Assembly (NCBI GenBank): GCA_010405405.1
Contig: MU004234.1
Location: 1,205,275-1,269,274 of the forward strand
DNA: 64,000 nucleotides
Source: Microthyrium microscopicum
Lineage: Eukaryota
Reading direction: 5' to 3'
The position numbers were made by a program, and so were the translations under genes. Positions within the stretch are counted from its first letter, which is position 1, and each line of letters starts with the position of its first letter. Shown here one piece after another: positions 1 to 12,258 of the stretch. Under the pieces are notes generated by a model that was not told where the DNA came from, did no database searches, and was given only the letters and a program-made list of their open reading frames with translations.

Positions 1-810
1 GAGGGTGCTCAACAATTTGTCAAAGACACCATCTCTGATCTCCTTATGAACAAAGTCGATATGTCAAACTTGGTTATCACGAAAGCTTTGACCAAGGAAG
101 GTTACAATGGCGATGATGATGAGAATACTGCGGCGACCGGCAAGAAGAAGACTGATGGCTACAAGGGCAAACAGGCCCACGTGGAACTCGCTGAACGTAT
201 GAAGAAGCGGGATGCTGGTTCTGCGCCTGCCCTTGGTGATCGTGTCGCATATGTCATGATCAAAGGCGCTGGTGGTGCAAAGAACTACGAAAAGTCTGAA
301 GACCCCATCTATGTCCTGGAGCACAACCTTCCTATCGATACGAAGTACTACCTAGAGAATCAGCTTTCCAAACCTCTTGTGCGTATCTTCGAACCGATTA
401 TTGGAGAAACCAAGGCTCAGTCCCTTCTTACTGGCGACCACACTCGAACCATCTCCGTCGCTGCGCCCACCCACGGAGGTCTAATGAAGTTTGCAAAGAA
501 AACCATGACATGTCTCGGCTGCAAGAAGCCATTGACCAACGCCGAAGAGAAAGATGGCGCAGTCTGTGTCAACTGTCGCGGCCGATTTGCGGAATTGCAC
601 AACAAATCTTTGACTAAAGTCAGCCAGCTGGAAGTCAAGTTCGCTCGGCTTTGGACACAATGCCAACGCTGCCAAGGGAGCATACATAACGAAGTTATCT
701 GCTCCAGTCGCGATTGCCCTATCTTTTATATGCGCATGAAGGCGGCTAAAGATGTTGAGGATGGTTCGAAAGAACTGGCACGCTTTGATCGCGATAAAGC
801 TATTTGGTAG
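1..810 (+). CDS. POL3: DNA polymerase delta catalytic subunit, C-terminal part (starts before window)
   Basis: Frame open from base 1. Motifs [27 protein letters not shown] and [10 protein letters not shown]; CysA (CLGC...CVNC) and CysB (CQRC...[10 protein letters not shown]). Confidence 0.97.
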   Translation, partial: EGAQQFVKDTISDLLMNKVDMSNLVITKALTKEGYNGDDDENTAATGKKKTDGYKGKQAHVELAERMKKRDAGSAPALGDRVAYVMIKGAGGAKNYEKSEDPIYVLEHNLPIDTKYYLENQLSKPLVRIFEPIIGETKAQSLLTGDHTRTISVAAPTHGGLMKFAKKTMTCLGCKKPLTNAEEKDGAVCVNCRGRFAELHNKSLTKVSQLEVKFARLWTQCQRCQGSIHNEVICSSRDCPIFYMRMKAAKDVEDGSKELARFDRDKAIW

Positions 811-943
811 ACGCGTAGTCGTCTTGAGCATCGTTTGGAGTTATGGGTTCATTTGGGCATGGCATGAGTAGCATCGTTATGTATATCTACAGATACTTAT
901 TTACACTTTTCTGCATAGGACCTCTAATACAGAGAATATCATC

Positions 944-1699
944 CTAATAATTTCCCTCAAACGTATCCTCCCTCTTCTCCACAACCCGCGCAACCGCCTC
1001 CTCAATCGCCATCTCTCCCCCAACAACATCAAACGCCAACCCAACCGTCCCCTCATTCCCCAAAACCTCCACAATCACCCTCGCCACATCTTCCCGACTA
1101 ATCGATCTCGTAAAATCAACCTTCCCCGCCTCAACCTTCCCCGTCCCCTTATCCTCCGTCAACGCACTCGGTCTCACTATCGTATATTCCAACTTCCGCT
1201 CCCCATTCCCCGTCACCAACGCCCGATCCGCCGCCAACTTCGCTGCCATATACCGCCCTATCGCTCCCCATCCCTTGTCGCTTCGCTCCTTCATCTCCTT
1301 CGAATACCAGCCCGGCGCACCCTTCTCCCGGTCTCGTACATCAACTGCGCTCACCATAATAAACCTCTTCACGCCAGCGCTCGCACACGCATCCATTACG
1401 TCAATGGCGCCCTGCTGGTCTACGCGCTCCACTCTACTGGGATCGCCTTTTCCGCCGGCGCCTGCGGACCAGATTACGGAGGTCGGGTTATGTTCGCGCA
1501 AGAGGGTGGTCATGTCTGAGGAACTAGAGGATTCTATGGAGGCGATGATGGGTGTTCCGCCGGCGGAGGTTATGGCGTCGTTGTGGTTGGAGGAACGGGT
1601 TATGTTGAGGACGGCGTGGGGTGGTTTGGCGGTGCTGAGGAGGTGGGTTATGTGCAGGGCGATTTTGCCGGAGCCGCCGAAGATGAGGGTTTTGGACAT
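944..1699 (-). CDS. NAD(P)-binding Rossmann-fold protein (atypical SDR / NAD_binding_10, YMR090W-like)
   Basis: LIFGGSGKIA nucleotide-binding motif, VIWSAGAGG, YMAAK (YxxxK), YTIVRPSAL, SISREDVA. Confidence 0.9.
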   Translation of the reverse strand: MSKTLIFGGSGKIALHITHLLSTAKPPHAVLNITRSSNHNDAITSAGGTPIIASIESSSSSDMTTLLREHNPTSVIWSAGAGGKGDPSRVERVDQQGAIDVMDACASAGVKRFIMVSAVDVRDREKGAPGWYSKEMKERSDKGWGAIGRYMAAKLAADRALVTGNGERKLEYTIVRPSALTEDKGTGKVEAGKVDFTRSISREDVARVIVEVLGNEGTVGLAFDVVGGEMAIEEAVARVVEKREDTFEGNY

Positions 1700-2337
1700 G
1701 GTGGTGGTGTGATGGGTTGGGGTTTCGGTGGTGTTGGTTATGGGATGTTTGGTTGTTGTTGGTTTGGTGTATTGCTGAGTTGCTTGGTTTCCTGGCTCTT
1801 TTGGTATTCTCCAAGGTTTGCTTTTCTTTAAAACAGGATATATGATTTTTTACCTGGTCGGCTGTACTTTGGTTTGGGGAAGTGGTGTCTTGATAATCGA
1901 GTGTGGGATGCGGAGGGTTGCAGGACTTTATGTCTCTAAGATGTTTTGTATTTGGTGTGGAGTGGCAAGTTTGACGTCTGAGATGTAATCAGTCAGTGTG
2001 AGTAAGCTTTCAAGCACAGAAGAAGTTTTTTCTTCTAGTCGAATGACGAAGATTGGTGGAGAAGCAATTGGATATGGAAGCTCAGTCGCGGGGCTGAAGT
2101 CAGGGATCGAATATTCGTCATGATGCCCTTCATTGACTGAAGCTCTTGACTTGATGTCACTCAACTTGGCTACTGTCGATCTCCGAGACTTTTCCTCCTT
2201 CATCTTCAAACTTTAAGTTGAATCAACCATCAATCGGAATAGTAAACTTTGGCGAGATTGGATTGGCCATATTGCAAATGCGTAGCATGACACCTTGAAA
2301 GCTTCGCCTTCCCATGGTCAATCGATTAGTACGAATA

Positions 2338-3949
2338 TCATCGGATGGGAGAACGTCCACTGCCATTCCACGGCCACCAGAATGTCTGTATGTCACAGCC
2401 ATCATGGCATTTCTCATAGCCCATCGGACTAGCTCGCTTCACCACCGAAAGCCAATTCAGTCCTGGAACCTTCTCCATGGCAGGCCAGACCCAAGTGGCA
2501 GTAATCGTTATCTCGTTCGTTTCATGAACACGCCACGCTTTGTTGAAATCATGGCAGATTTGACAGCTCGCGTTCTCTCGATCAGTCGTATTTGCGCAGA
2601 AACGAAACTGAAGACCTGTTGAAAAGGAGGTACTTTGACAACCTTGATCACAGTCAAATTGCAGTCGTGCCCAACCACTTTGTATTTCGTCGCTTTCTTC
2701 AACCACCTTCGAGTCATCTGTTTTCGTTCTTTTTTCAATCTGGTCAACCCAGTTCGCAATTTCCTCGCGAGGTGTCGTAGCTATGTGCTCGCAGATTGGA
2801 CCATGTCGAATCAAGCAGGTCAAGTCATCCACAACTTTGACTTTTGCGTCTTCCGTCGATTCCTGACTTAACAATTGGTCCGGAAACGCATATTTATATC
2901 CAGAGCTAAACACGGCTCTGTCTCCATCATCCATCTGCAACACTCGAGCTCGTTTACCATTAATGGGGGGATGACCATGGCATTCAATAGTACAGGTCTT
3001 GGAAGTCTCTGGGTCTCTCACGTCAACAGTGGTGAGTCGTTGATATATCTCTGCGTGTCGAACGTATATGTGTGAACAAATCTGGAATGGGTGGTTCACC
3101 AAGCATACTCGCTGTTCCGGATCCTTAGTAAGTTGGTCCGTTATGAACATATCCGCCGGGTGAGCGGATTTGCAGCAGGCACAAGAGTATAACTTGACTT
3201 TCTTGATCCACCAGTAACCATCGTTGAGGATTACAATGAGCTGCAAGGCCATTAGTTGCATACTTCAAAAGTTGCGAGAATCAATGACTTACCTTTCCAG
3301 CACGTTCCAATTTGCACATCTCCTGGAAATTGTCTTGATTGAGGATACGTTTGATTCTCATAGCATCTTTCCAATACCACTTCAGTTCCAAACTCACAAA
3401 CTTTGGAAGCATGATCATTACTTGCCGACAAACTAACCGAAGTGCCAATCGATCGGCTAGACTGTCCAAATTCGCGTCAATCATCTCCAACAGTTCGCCA
3501 GCAAGTCGATTCATTCCTGCAGAGCGGTTTTGAACGAACTTTGCCCTCGTTAATGGATCTAAAATCGGTGTCGCGAGGGCGACTGGATCGCGCCATTCAG
3601 CGAGACTTTTGCGCTTTCCATATCTTCGCTGTCGGGCTTTTGTTTCTGGTGTGGTAGTTCTCGATGTTGCAAGTAGGGCTTGGATGGCCGCTTGTAGTTC
3701 TTCTTGTAGCTCTGGAGTTGGTGGTTCTGAGGTCGCCTTCTTGTCATCGAGAGCGTTCGAGATTTTGAATAAATGGAATCCACAGCGATCCAGAATATAG
3801 TGTAGTATTCGCTTCCACAATTCCTTCATCTCTATGTTGATTATTCGACGTAGGGTACCTCGTTCCGCCATTACATGTGGTCTGTAGTGTGAAAGACGTT
3901 TGGTATCTTTTGCCATATACCAAGCTGGGGATTTCCAGAGATTATTCAT
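2338..3949 (-). CDS. Hypothetical ~519 aa protein with F-box-like motif; exons 3949-3293 and 3240-2338
   Basis: GTAAGT...CTAAT...CAG intron 3292-3241 joins two ORFs in frame. LAGELLEMIDANLDSLADRLALRLVCR is F-box-like, followed by CACCKSAH. Confidence 0.75.
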
Positions 3950-4154
3950 TATAAATGCTGCCTGGTGTCAATAATGCGCCAGGTGGCTTAAAGTTGTAAA
4001 GCGATAATCCGGTCAAGGGGCGGAGTAGAATTTGGGTGAGATGGGTGGTGGAGGTCCACAAACTTGGTGCCTTGGATAAAAAAAGTCGAGTCACCTCCTT
4101 TTTCCCAACCTCCAAACATCAACACACCTGTCATTTGTCTTATCATGCGTAAAC

Positions 4155-5412
4155 ATGGACACCGACAAGGCACCGCAAGATGCGATCTCTATTTATGACA
4201 GATTGAAACCTCTAAGAACCAAAGCGGAGGTGCAAGCCAGCAACGAGGTAGTCCATGTCTACGTCGTTGAAATTCCTAGTAAATCAACCAGCGCATTGCT
4301 GAAGTACGCCTCAATACGCCTTATTTCAAGTGCAAAAACTTATCTAGCCTAGAATCGTAAAAACAGCTATTCCGTCATACGACGTGACGAATCTCCAGCA
4401 CCTACGCCGTCTAGCAAAGGAAGAATTTCTGCCACCACATCTAAAACTCAACACGCCCACGGATATAGACACACTTCACCTGCTAATATGTCCAACGGCT
4501 GCGATAACTGTCGCAGAGCTACAGGCTGCTTTTACGCTGGCCGCGAATTTATTTGAGCCACTTCAGTCTAGTATTCGGACTGTTACGGTTCCCTTTCACG
4601 CGCCCACGTCTGCGGCTCAAGCGGCGGAATGGACGGACAAGTACTGGCCTATTGTGTATAAGAATACTAATCCTCATGGACCGCATCCGGCTCTCATAGC
4701 ACGTGCCCAAAAGGAATTGGCAGCTAATGGTGATGCTCAGGTATATATGCGCCTAGCGGAAGATGTGGCAGCGCAAGCTGTTGAATTTGACTGTGGGGAA
4801 CGTATTGGTGCTGTTGTAGTTGAAAGGACAAGCAAGGCCAAGAATGGTACACGGGTAGTGGCTGTCGCCGGGGATGGCCGGTACACGGGTATGGTGAACA
4901 GCAGCGGGCATAGAGCGCCGGGTGAGAAGGGTAATGTCCTCGCTCATCCGGTGTTGCGAGTAATTGCGATGGTCGCGGCGAAGAGACGAGCGGAGGAAGA
5001 ATCGAGTGTGTCCGGCGACGACGACTCGACTAGCGATATGACTGATATTGCAGCCTCAACCGTGTTGGCCGATATGCCCTTGACACCACTGGAGAAAATC
5101 TACTCCGAACAGTCGGACAATCTTGAACCACATGGCTACCTATGTTTGGATTTAGAGCTTTACTTGACGCACGAACCCTGTGTCATGTGTTCAATGGCCA
5201 TACTTCATTCTCGGTTTGGAAGAGTTGTATTTGGCCAGCTCATGCCCAAGACTGGTGCTCTGAGTGCAGAGGCTGACAGTCTGGGCTATGGACTATTCTG
5301 GCGAAGAGAACAGCTGAATTGGAAATTCCTGTGCTGGGAACTGAAACCATCCGTACCGGACGACACACCAAGCCCTCGTGCAGGCACTGTTGATTCGGAC
5401 CTACAGGTTTGA
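4155..5412 (+). CDS. TAD3: tRNA-specific adenosine-34 deaminase non-catalytic subunit; exons 4155-4303 and 4353-5412
   Basis: LQHLRR, WTDKYWP, HPV in place of catalytic HAE, YLCLDLELYLTHEPCVMCSMAILHSRF. Intron 4304-4352 restores the frame. Confidence 0.93.
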
Positions 5413-5748
5413 AATCATATAATATCTTGATCATTTGTACCATGCGATCAACGTCTGTATAGAGACGAGCGAGTAGGCACGACATGTGGGTGATGATCAT
5501 GATATACACTGCAACGACATTACCCCATGAGGAAGTTCTCCACGAGGCTCAAAAGCTTGCAGTCATGTATAACAAAGCTAGCTCGGCTTTCCATTATATA
5601 TTCTATGTGTCTCCATGGAGTTGAAACACGGGATTTTCGAGTAGACTGCAATCTAGAACATGCTGGGTAGCTTCCTCCCGGAGGCATGATCTGACGCCCG
5701 GCTAATTCAACATTCTAGAGTAACTATGAGACATAGAAGAATAAAGTA

Positions 5749-8070
5749 TCACACAGGAACCGCGATCCCTTGTCTGTCCATGGAGCTGTACACTTGACAA
5801 GGTTTCTTTAAGCACGACTCGGCGTCTAGATCTCCACGACCTTCCAACCTCTGAGCTCCCTCAATATCCCACTGATTTTCGTAACTGTTTCCCCCGGCAA
5901 ACATCTCTATCTCATTCATTTCAAAGTCATGCGATGTCCATGTATGCTTTGGATGGTTCCATTCGTGCTCGTCAAGCCAGATATTACGACCAGAGTAGCT
6001 GGCTGTGTCGAACGAAAGCTGAGTTAGCTTCCAGATCGGCAAGAAATGATCAAACGCCCATGCCGTTGATGGTTGAAAGCGCGCTCTGTCGCTTGGAGTA
6101 TCCCAATCCATCACAGAACCGTCCTTGACAATACCCGCACGGCCAACTAGAATGGGTACCTGTCCGATTCCTTGTGGACGAGTGATCACCACAGAATTCG
6201 TCTTCCAGTATTGAACCAGCAGGTCCCCAGGATTTGTTTCCCATGGCGTAAGTCCTAAAATCACCTCTCTATGCGGACCAAATGCAATGAAAAGACGTGA
6301 GGAGTAGAAGGAGTAGGGGCTGTCTGTATTCAGAGACATGAAGTTTCGGATTCTATGGTCAGACGCCGAACCAAGGAGCATTGTCAATCGCTCGTTGATG
6401 GATTTGGCGCTTCTCATGCTGGTGTCGTTGCATGCTAGGCCCCAAATGTTTCCAAGCTTTGCTGCCCAGCGTCTAGGCACATATGGTTGCTCGATGAATT
6501 CTCGATATGTTGGTCCAAGATCGCAGACGACTCCCGCCACTACCCCACTTGATCTTACCAAGATTTGGTTTCCCTCAACCTCAGCTGGAGTCTTGGCCGC
6601 CCAGAGTTTCGAGGATTCGGGACTGGATGGCAGCAACCATATAGACTTTGTGGCGCTTTGGATTTGGAAGAGGTATGAAAATGTCCGAAGAGAAAGCGAT
6701 TTGATCAAGTCAATCCAGCTGATGACGGATTGCAGCTTCGGGACTAGATTACAATAATCTTTCCGAGACTCGCCACAAAGGAAATAAGAGAATGAGTCTG
6801 CATTTTCACCAGGATTTGGCGGGACCACATGCTTGGTGATGGAAATCTCCTTCTTCGACAAGATAGACCGCACTAAGCCAGCAAGCCAAGTAGTTTCGAC
6901 CGCTTCATCAGCTGTTCTAAGGCATCGTGTATTCCAAAAAGCGAGCAGCTCTTGATAGATTGATAGCAGTGATTTTGAGTAGTCCACGATCAGACAGTTT
7001 TCCAAGCAGTCACTAGCCATGCCAACAAATGCAAAGATTCTGTCTAGCTTTAGCGAGGAGAAACAATCTCCAAATTGGTCTAGAAGCTTATCAAGAGCAT
7101 ATACGTCGCCATCCGAGTATTTTGCTTCGCGTAGGTCATCGAGTTTCAGAACTGGATCGATTGATGCACTATCGAGCGGCACTTTTTTCTTGTATAACTT
7201 CATCAACCGTATAAACTCGGACCATGGAAGTGCAGAGTATCCTGAAACTACGCGTATTCTTGAGGCCATCGCAATCTCCTGGACGATCCAACAGCGTTTC
7301 CAGTATTCTTCCTGGGTAAGGAGGTAGAGCCAGTATTTCGTCACCGCCCATTCGTCTGTGGCCCGGCTGATTGCCCAGTCGCCGTGCCATTGCGAGAAGC
7401 GTGCTTGTTCAATCCAGCGAGGCCCTGTATGGTCCCCAAGCCACACAATCACTTCTTGTGCTCTTGAATAGATGAAAGACATCAGGGGTACTTGAATACT
7501 CTTTTCTTCGTTATCGCCTTGGTTAATACTGATTGCATCGATCCACACGGTTTGTGACTTTTCTAAATCTCGGATATAGAACAGGGCGTTCCAGAGATTC
7601 TCGCCGACATCCATTCGCTTTCCGTTAACCGTGATGGGTTTCGTTTTCTCTGTACTTCCCCAGGTATAGCTTAGAGTTCTGTACTGCGGCCTTTCCAGAA
7701 AGGATTGCGATTCCAGTGTTGTCTCTATGCCCCATATGTCACGCGATGGGTGAATATGTAAAAGACGTATGTTGCTATCTGGGCTTCGAAAAGCGGGATA
7801 TCCAGATGCCATCCATGGAAGTAAACCAGAAGTCTTATCGGAACATAGTGGTGGGTAATCCGAGCTTGTCCAAGGCTCATTGAAATTCAAGCCGTACCAA
7901 AAGTCCGTCACTGTGGTTCGCACGATGCTGAAAGGCAGCCATAGCGCAAAGACGATCAGGAACGCCGTTCTCCATGATGAAGTTCGTAAGAAGTCAGAAA
8001 CGATGTTTCCATTTGTTCGATAGGCCCACTGGAAGAGAGCCCAGCCACGTTCAACGAGAATATGTGACAT
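5749..8070 (-). CDS. HET-domain (PF06985-type) protein with N-terminal hydrophobic segment
   Basis: IRLLHIHP, YRTLSYTWG, VWIDAISINQ-EEKSIQVPLMSFIYSRA-VIVWLG, YWKRCWIVQEI; 773 aa ORF. Confidence 0.9.
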   Translation of the reverse strand: MSHILVERGWALFQWAYRTNGNIVSDFLRTSSWRTAFLIVFALWLPFSIVRTTVTDFWYGLNFNEPWTSSDYPPLCSDKTSGLLPWMASGYPAFRSPDSNIRLLHIHPSRDIWGIETTLESQSFLERPQYRTLSYTWGSTEKTKPITVNGKRMDVGENLWNALFYIRDLEKSQTVWIDAISINQGDNEEKSIQVPLMSFIYSRAQEVIVWLGDHTGPRWIEQARFSQWHGDWAISRATDEWAVTKYWLYLLTQEEYWKRCWIVQEIAMASRIRVVSGYSALPWSEFIRLMKLYKKKVPLDSASIDPVLKLDDLREAKYSDGDVYALDKLLDQFGDCFSSLKLDRIFAFVGMASDCLENCLIVDYSKSLLSIYQELLAFWNTRCLRTADEAVETTWLAGLVRSILSKKEISITKHVVPPNPGENADSFSYFLCGESRKDYCNLVPKLQSVISWIDLIKSLSLRTFSYLFQIQSATKSIWLLPSSPESSKLWAAKTPAEVEGNQILVRSSGVVAGVVCDLGPTYREFIEQPYVPRRWAAKLGNIWGLACNDTSMRSAKSINERLTMLLGSASDHRIRNFMSLNTDSPYSFYSSRLFIAFGPHREVILGLTPWETNPGDLLVQYWKTNSVVITRPQGIGQVPILVGRAGIVKDGSVMDWDTPSDRARFQPSTAWAFDHFLPIWKLTQLSFDTASYSGRNIWLDEHEWNHPKHTWTSHDFEMNEIEMFAGGNSYENQWDIEGAQRLEGRGDLDAESCLKKPCQVYSSMDRQGIAVPV

Positions 8071-8389
8071 GCCGGACGGCTGAGGTTGATGGGACAGCTT
8101 GACGCATCATCATTTGTGGTTCATGACCAAGCGCAACGAGCGAATGAATAGGCTATTGCAAAGAAAATGTTCACAGCACGAGAAATCATGGGATGAAATA
8201 AGCAACAGGCGAGAAGAGTCGATCTGGCCGAGTGTCGTTCAAAAGGCAGCGACATATATCTTCGTCTTATTGGTGGATAAGTTGCCCCTGCGTCCACTAT
8301 TTACCAACCCCCCTTATGTGGCGCTAAACATACAAGGGTAAGATGAAGCATTATTCATGAATCATGAACAAACAGTTCCTTAATCCTTA

Positions 8390-9891
8390 TCATCTCGACA
8401 ACTTCATGATATAGTCTGATATAGTCCGGTTATCTCTCACATCGCTCCAATCGTGCTTCAAAAGTCCTAGTATCTTGTCAGATTTCTGCACCTGGTACGA
8501 GTGTTGCCACTTACCCCATTCCTCATCTGAATCCTGTTTGCCAGATCTGTCATAATAACTTCCCGACAAAACCCAGTATATCCAACCAGCCTTGTTCTGC
8601 TTGAAATACGTCTTGAGACATTGAGCATAAGGCGTCTGGAAAGCCTTCCCATCTTGTGCGAAACCAAACTCGGTCATTACCACTGGCATAGCTTTCGAAC
8701 TCTCAAGCTTCATTGCTCCCCATCCACTGCGATCAAGACTGGAGGCAAATCCACTGCATTCTTTAATGTTATTCTTTTTGTCATCGTAGCGATGGAGTTC
8801 AAGGGCAGTCTTCTTGGTTGGCCATTCCTCCTTTTTGAATTTGCCGTTTGTGACGATTGAAAAGTCAGTGTCGAAGCCTAATCCAGAGAGAAATATGATT
8901 GCATTTGGGTTCTCCCTGTTGACTGTTTGAGCAGCGTTCTTCACGTGGCGTGTCCAGACGTCCCAGTTGTAAGTGCTCTTGAGGTTAGCATTGCCGTCAG
9001 GAGATCTCAGCTCATTTCGGAGGCCATAACTGGCAAGAGTTGGCCACGATTTGGTCTTGAAATTGTGAGTTTACGTCAAACCAGCAAAGTTCAGGGGCAT
9101 CATACGTGATTTGCCATAAACTTCCATCCGCGAATCCATCGCTCAGTGTCGAAATCTCTGTCGCCAAACCAAGCGTTGCCATCGTTTCCGCCACAACACC
9201 ACATGGCTTTCGAAATGTGATTGTCTGCAAATCGGTCAGCGTCCAGTGACTTCGATGACAAGATGTGCTTAGCAAGGTGCATTTGGAGCATGCGAAAATG
9301 GCTCTACGATCTAATCGTCTGGAAATAATCAAATTTCCATCTTCTTCACAAACCACCATCGTCGCTTTACAGGGCATAAATCAACAACTTACCCAAATGC
9401 ACCAAAATGCCGGCCTTTCCCAACTCCTCTGCAACCTTGTCAAAGATCTACTCATTACTTAGCACTTCTCTCAGAACGATTGTCATAAAGACCGCCTTTC
9501 CACATACCTGCAACCTAGTAACACCCTCCGGAAACCGATTCTTCTCCACAATCTTCGCCCAAATCGGCGCCCCATTCTTCTCCCCTAGCGCCTTCAGCAC
9601 ACCGCTTTTTGCATCTACAGTACCTGTGATAGCTTCATCGACCATCTGCGTCGAGTACGTGAAACGCACAACGTTCATGTTTAGCTTCTTGATACTCTGA
9701 ACAATGGATGCAATTGACTGGTACTGTAGACCCTCCGGGATCATGGCGCCCATATGACCAGGCCAATTGACACCGGCATAATTAAATTTTGTGCCGGTGG
9801 CGTCGATGAATGAGGCGCCAGATGTTGAGAGGGGGATGGTGATTGCTAAAGTGGATAGGGGGAAGAAAGAGAGGAGAAGAGCGATATACAT
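8390..9891 (-). CDS. Secreted glycoside hydrolase family 5 (probably GH5_16-like); introns 9507-9448, 9392-9225, 9105-9056, 8514-8467
   Basis: Signal peptide MYIALLLSFFPLSTLA. Splicing reconstitutes GVNWPGH-IPEGLQYQS, LDNHISKAMWCC, acid/base GLRNELR and nucleophile VVMTEFG. Confidence 0.9.
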
Positions 9892-10299
9892 AGTGTATGT
9901 CAAAACAAAGGAGCGACTAGAATGAAATAAAAGAATGAGTTGATGAGGTGTTGAAATTGGACATATAGGAATGGTGAATCTGCAGTGATGAAAGGTCCAT
10001 GCACGGGGATTTATATTGACAGTATAAGGGCGTGGATAATTTCGGTATAGGTTTTTCCTACTACATTGGCTCCTTGAGCTTGTAACTTTAAAATATGAAG
10101 CCGAGTAGAATATGCTCTTCTCACGTTTCTTTAGATGCATGAAATATAAGAATCAATATGATTTTTCCAATACATTCTTCATGAGGAAGGATTATAATGA
10201 ATGATTAACGTTTCTACGCACATTGATGATTCTCAGAACACCATCATACTCCTTCCATCTTTACACCATGATATTAATACAAAAATCAATCGATTGATT

Positions 10300-11508
10300 T
10301 CAATAAAGCAAAACCAAAGACATCAAAGCAATCACCATAGCCACACTAGCACCATATCGTTCATTCCTCGCAGCATCGCCCTTCTTGTTTATAGCAACGC
10401 TAACACTTGCTATTCTAATATTAGTATCATACACTCCAAGTTCATTTCAATAGCACTTACGAGTAGCGCTCGCGATCACAGAGGTGGAACTTGGTGACTG
10501 TGTTGAAGAAGTACTATTTGCGGCCACAAGTTTCTCCACACCTGCCGTGATGATCAACGTATCCCAGGCGATCTCATTAGCGGCGTATGTCACTGTGACG
10601 GTCGCGTTGGCAGTTCCGTTGGAAGGCATTGGGGTGGCTGTGATGCATGGTGCGGAAATTGTGTTGGTATGAACGCAGACTGCGCTCGATGCGCTCGGGG
10701 CTAAGGAGCAGGAGACTAATGGAACGGCTGCTGTAGCTGCGGTAGAAGTCGAAGACGAACTTGAGCTATCCACTGAAGACGAAGACGAAAATGAAGACGA
10801 GGAGGAGGAGACGCCTGAAGAACTAGACGACACTCCAACTATGGTCGATGTCGAATTTGAGGGTCCTACTACAAGCGTTATAGTCGAAAGTGGACTGGGA
10901 ACTGTCGTTGAAGCTGCTGGTCCGCGGGCAAACATAGATGGCCCTTGAGTGAGCGTCACTGTCGAGGAACAGGCTGTTGCATTACCAACGGCTTCGCAGT
11001 CGATGGCGTATACGGTTCTGGAAGGGTCGGCAGAAACAACTGCACCAAAGTAGGTTGTTGTAGTGTAAGTTTCATTTGATGGCGCATGAACATTGAATAG
11101 CAACACTGTCGTTTGTGGCGCCGCAGTTGTGGTCGTTCCATTAGCAGAAGTCGATGTTGTTAGTGTAGTTGCTGAAGTTGTTGAAAGGGTACTTTGTGAA
11201 GAGCCTTGGGAAGGCCAGATTGGCATCCATGGTACTTTGGTGCAGTTGCAATTCTCGGTGGTTATCGTGGAAGATGTTGAGCCAGCAGTAGATGATGACT
11301 GCGACGAGGATGAAGATTCCACAGAAGATAAGGATACGGACGAAACTGAGGACTCAGTTGATGATAGTATCGTTGTTATACCAGTGGCAGTCGTCACTGA
11401 TGTTATTGTCTGGGTTTCAATCTGGGTAGTAGTGATTGTTGTGACATCTGCTGTCGCTAAAGAACAAAGAAGACAAATTGATAGCAGAGATGATGTAAGC
11501 AAATGCAT
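10300..11508 (-). CDS. Ser/Thr-rich secreted, probably GPI-anchored cell-wall protein; exons 11508-10461 and 10409-10300
   Basis: Signal peptide, S/T tracts and a Cys-bearing central domain. Intron 10460-10410 adds the tail KKGDAARNERYGASVAMVIALMSLVLLY*. Confidence 0.82.
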
Positions 11509-12258
11509 CTTGAATGTGAAACGAATATGCAGATTAGTTTATAAGTTGATGATATGATATGGATTGAAACCTTGGAAGAACTGATAGAGGGATCTTCATG
11601 ACCGGCGATGTGTACCTAAAGTACCAATTCATGCATCGTACTAAACCTCAATCCGACTGTCAATTCTATGAACCCATTTTGAAAATGAGAATAGATTTCC
11701 TGCAAAGGACCCAACAAAGAAGTTCTCGCCTCGTAGAAGATACATGTTGGTTCCAACAGGCGCGTAAAATGTTGGGATGAAGTTGGAGGCTGAGCAAAAT
11801 GGGTCTGCCATCTTTCGCGCCTAGCTACAATAATGCGGCCAGAACATTAATGCCAGAACTGAATCTAGCAATGCAATCAAAAAAATCCAGCTAAGAAAGC
11901 AAAAGAGTGTTTCAAAGGTGTATGTGGGAAGATGGTCCTTAAAGGAGGCTCAGCGTTGGAGACTCCACCAACATCAGACATTGAAACATCCACCATCCAG
12001 CCAGATCCAGGTACGACCGTATCCGTACCAACATACGCCGCCAACCTACCACAAACCTGTCTTTACCCAACTATTTCCCGCCTGACCCCAAGATACAAAG
12101 TTAAATAGCAATCATCTCCTCCCAAGCAGTAAAACTACCCCGACTTCAACCCGACTACATCAACTCCCTCCACGCCACCCACATCACCAACATCAACCAC
12201 CAACCCAAGCGCCAACGGGTACCAACGACAACCAACACCAACACCAACAACCGCCACA

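Noticed and set aside
11093..11557. Antisense ORFs over real genes (also 1275-1712, 51334-51810, 61785-62135)
   Set aside because: Shadows of biased codon usage on the coding strand.
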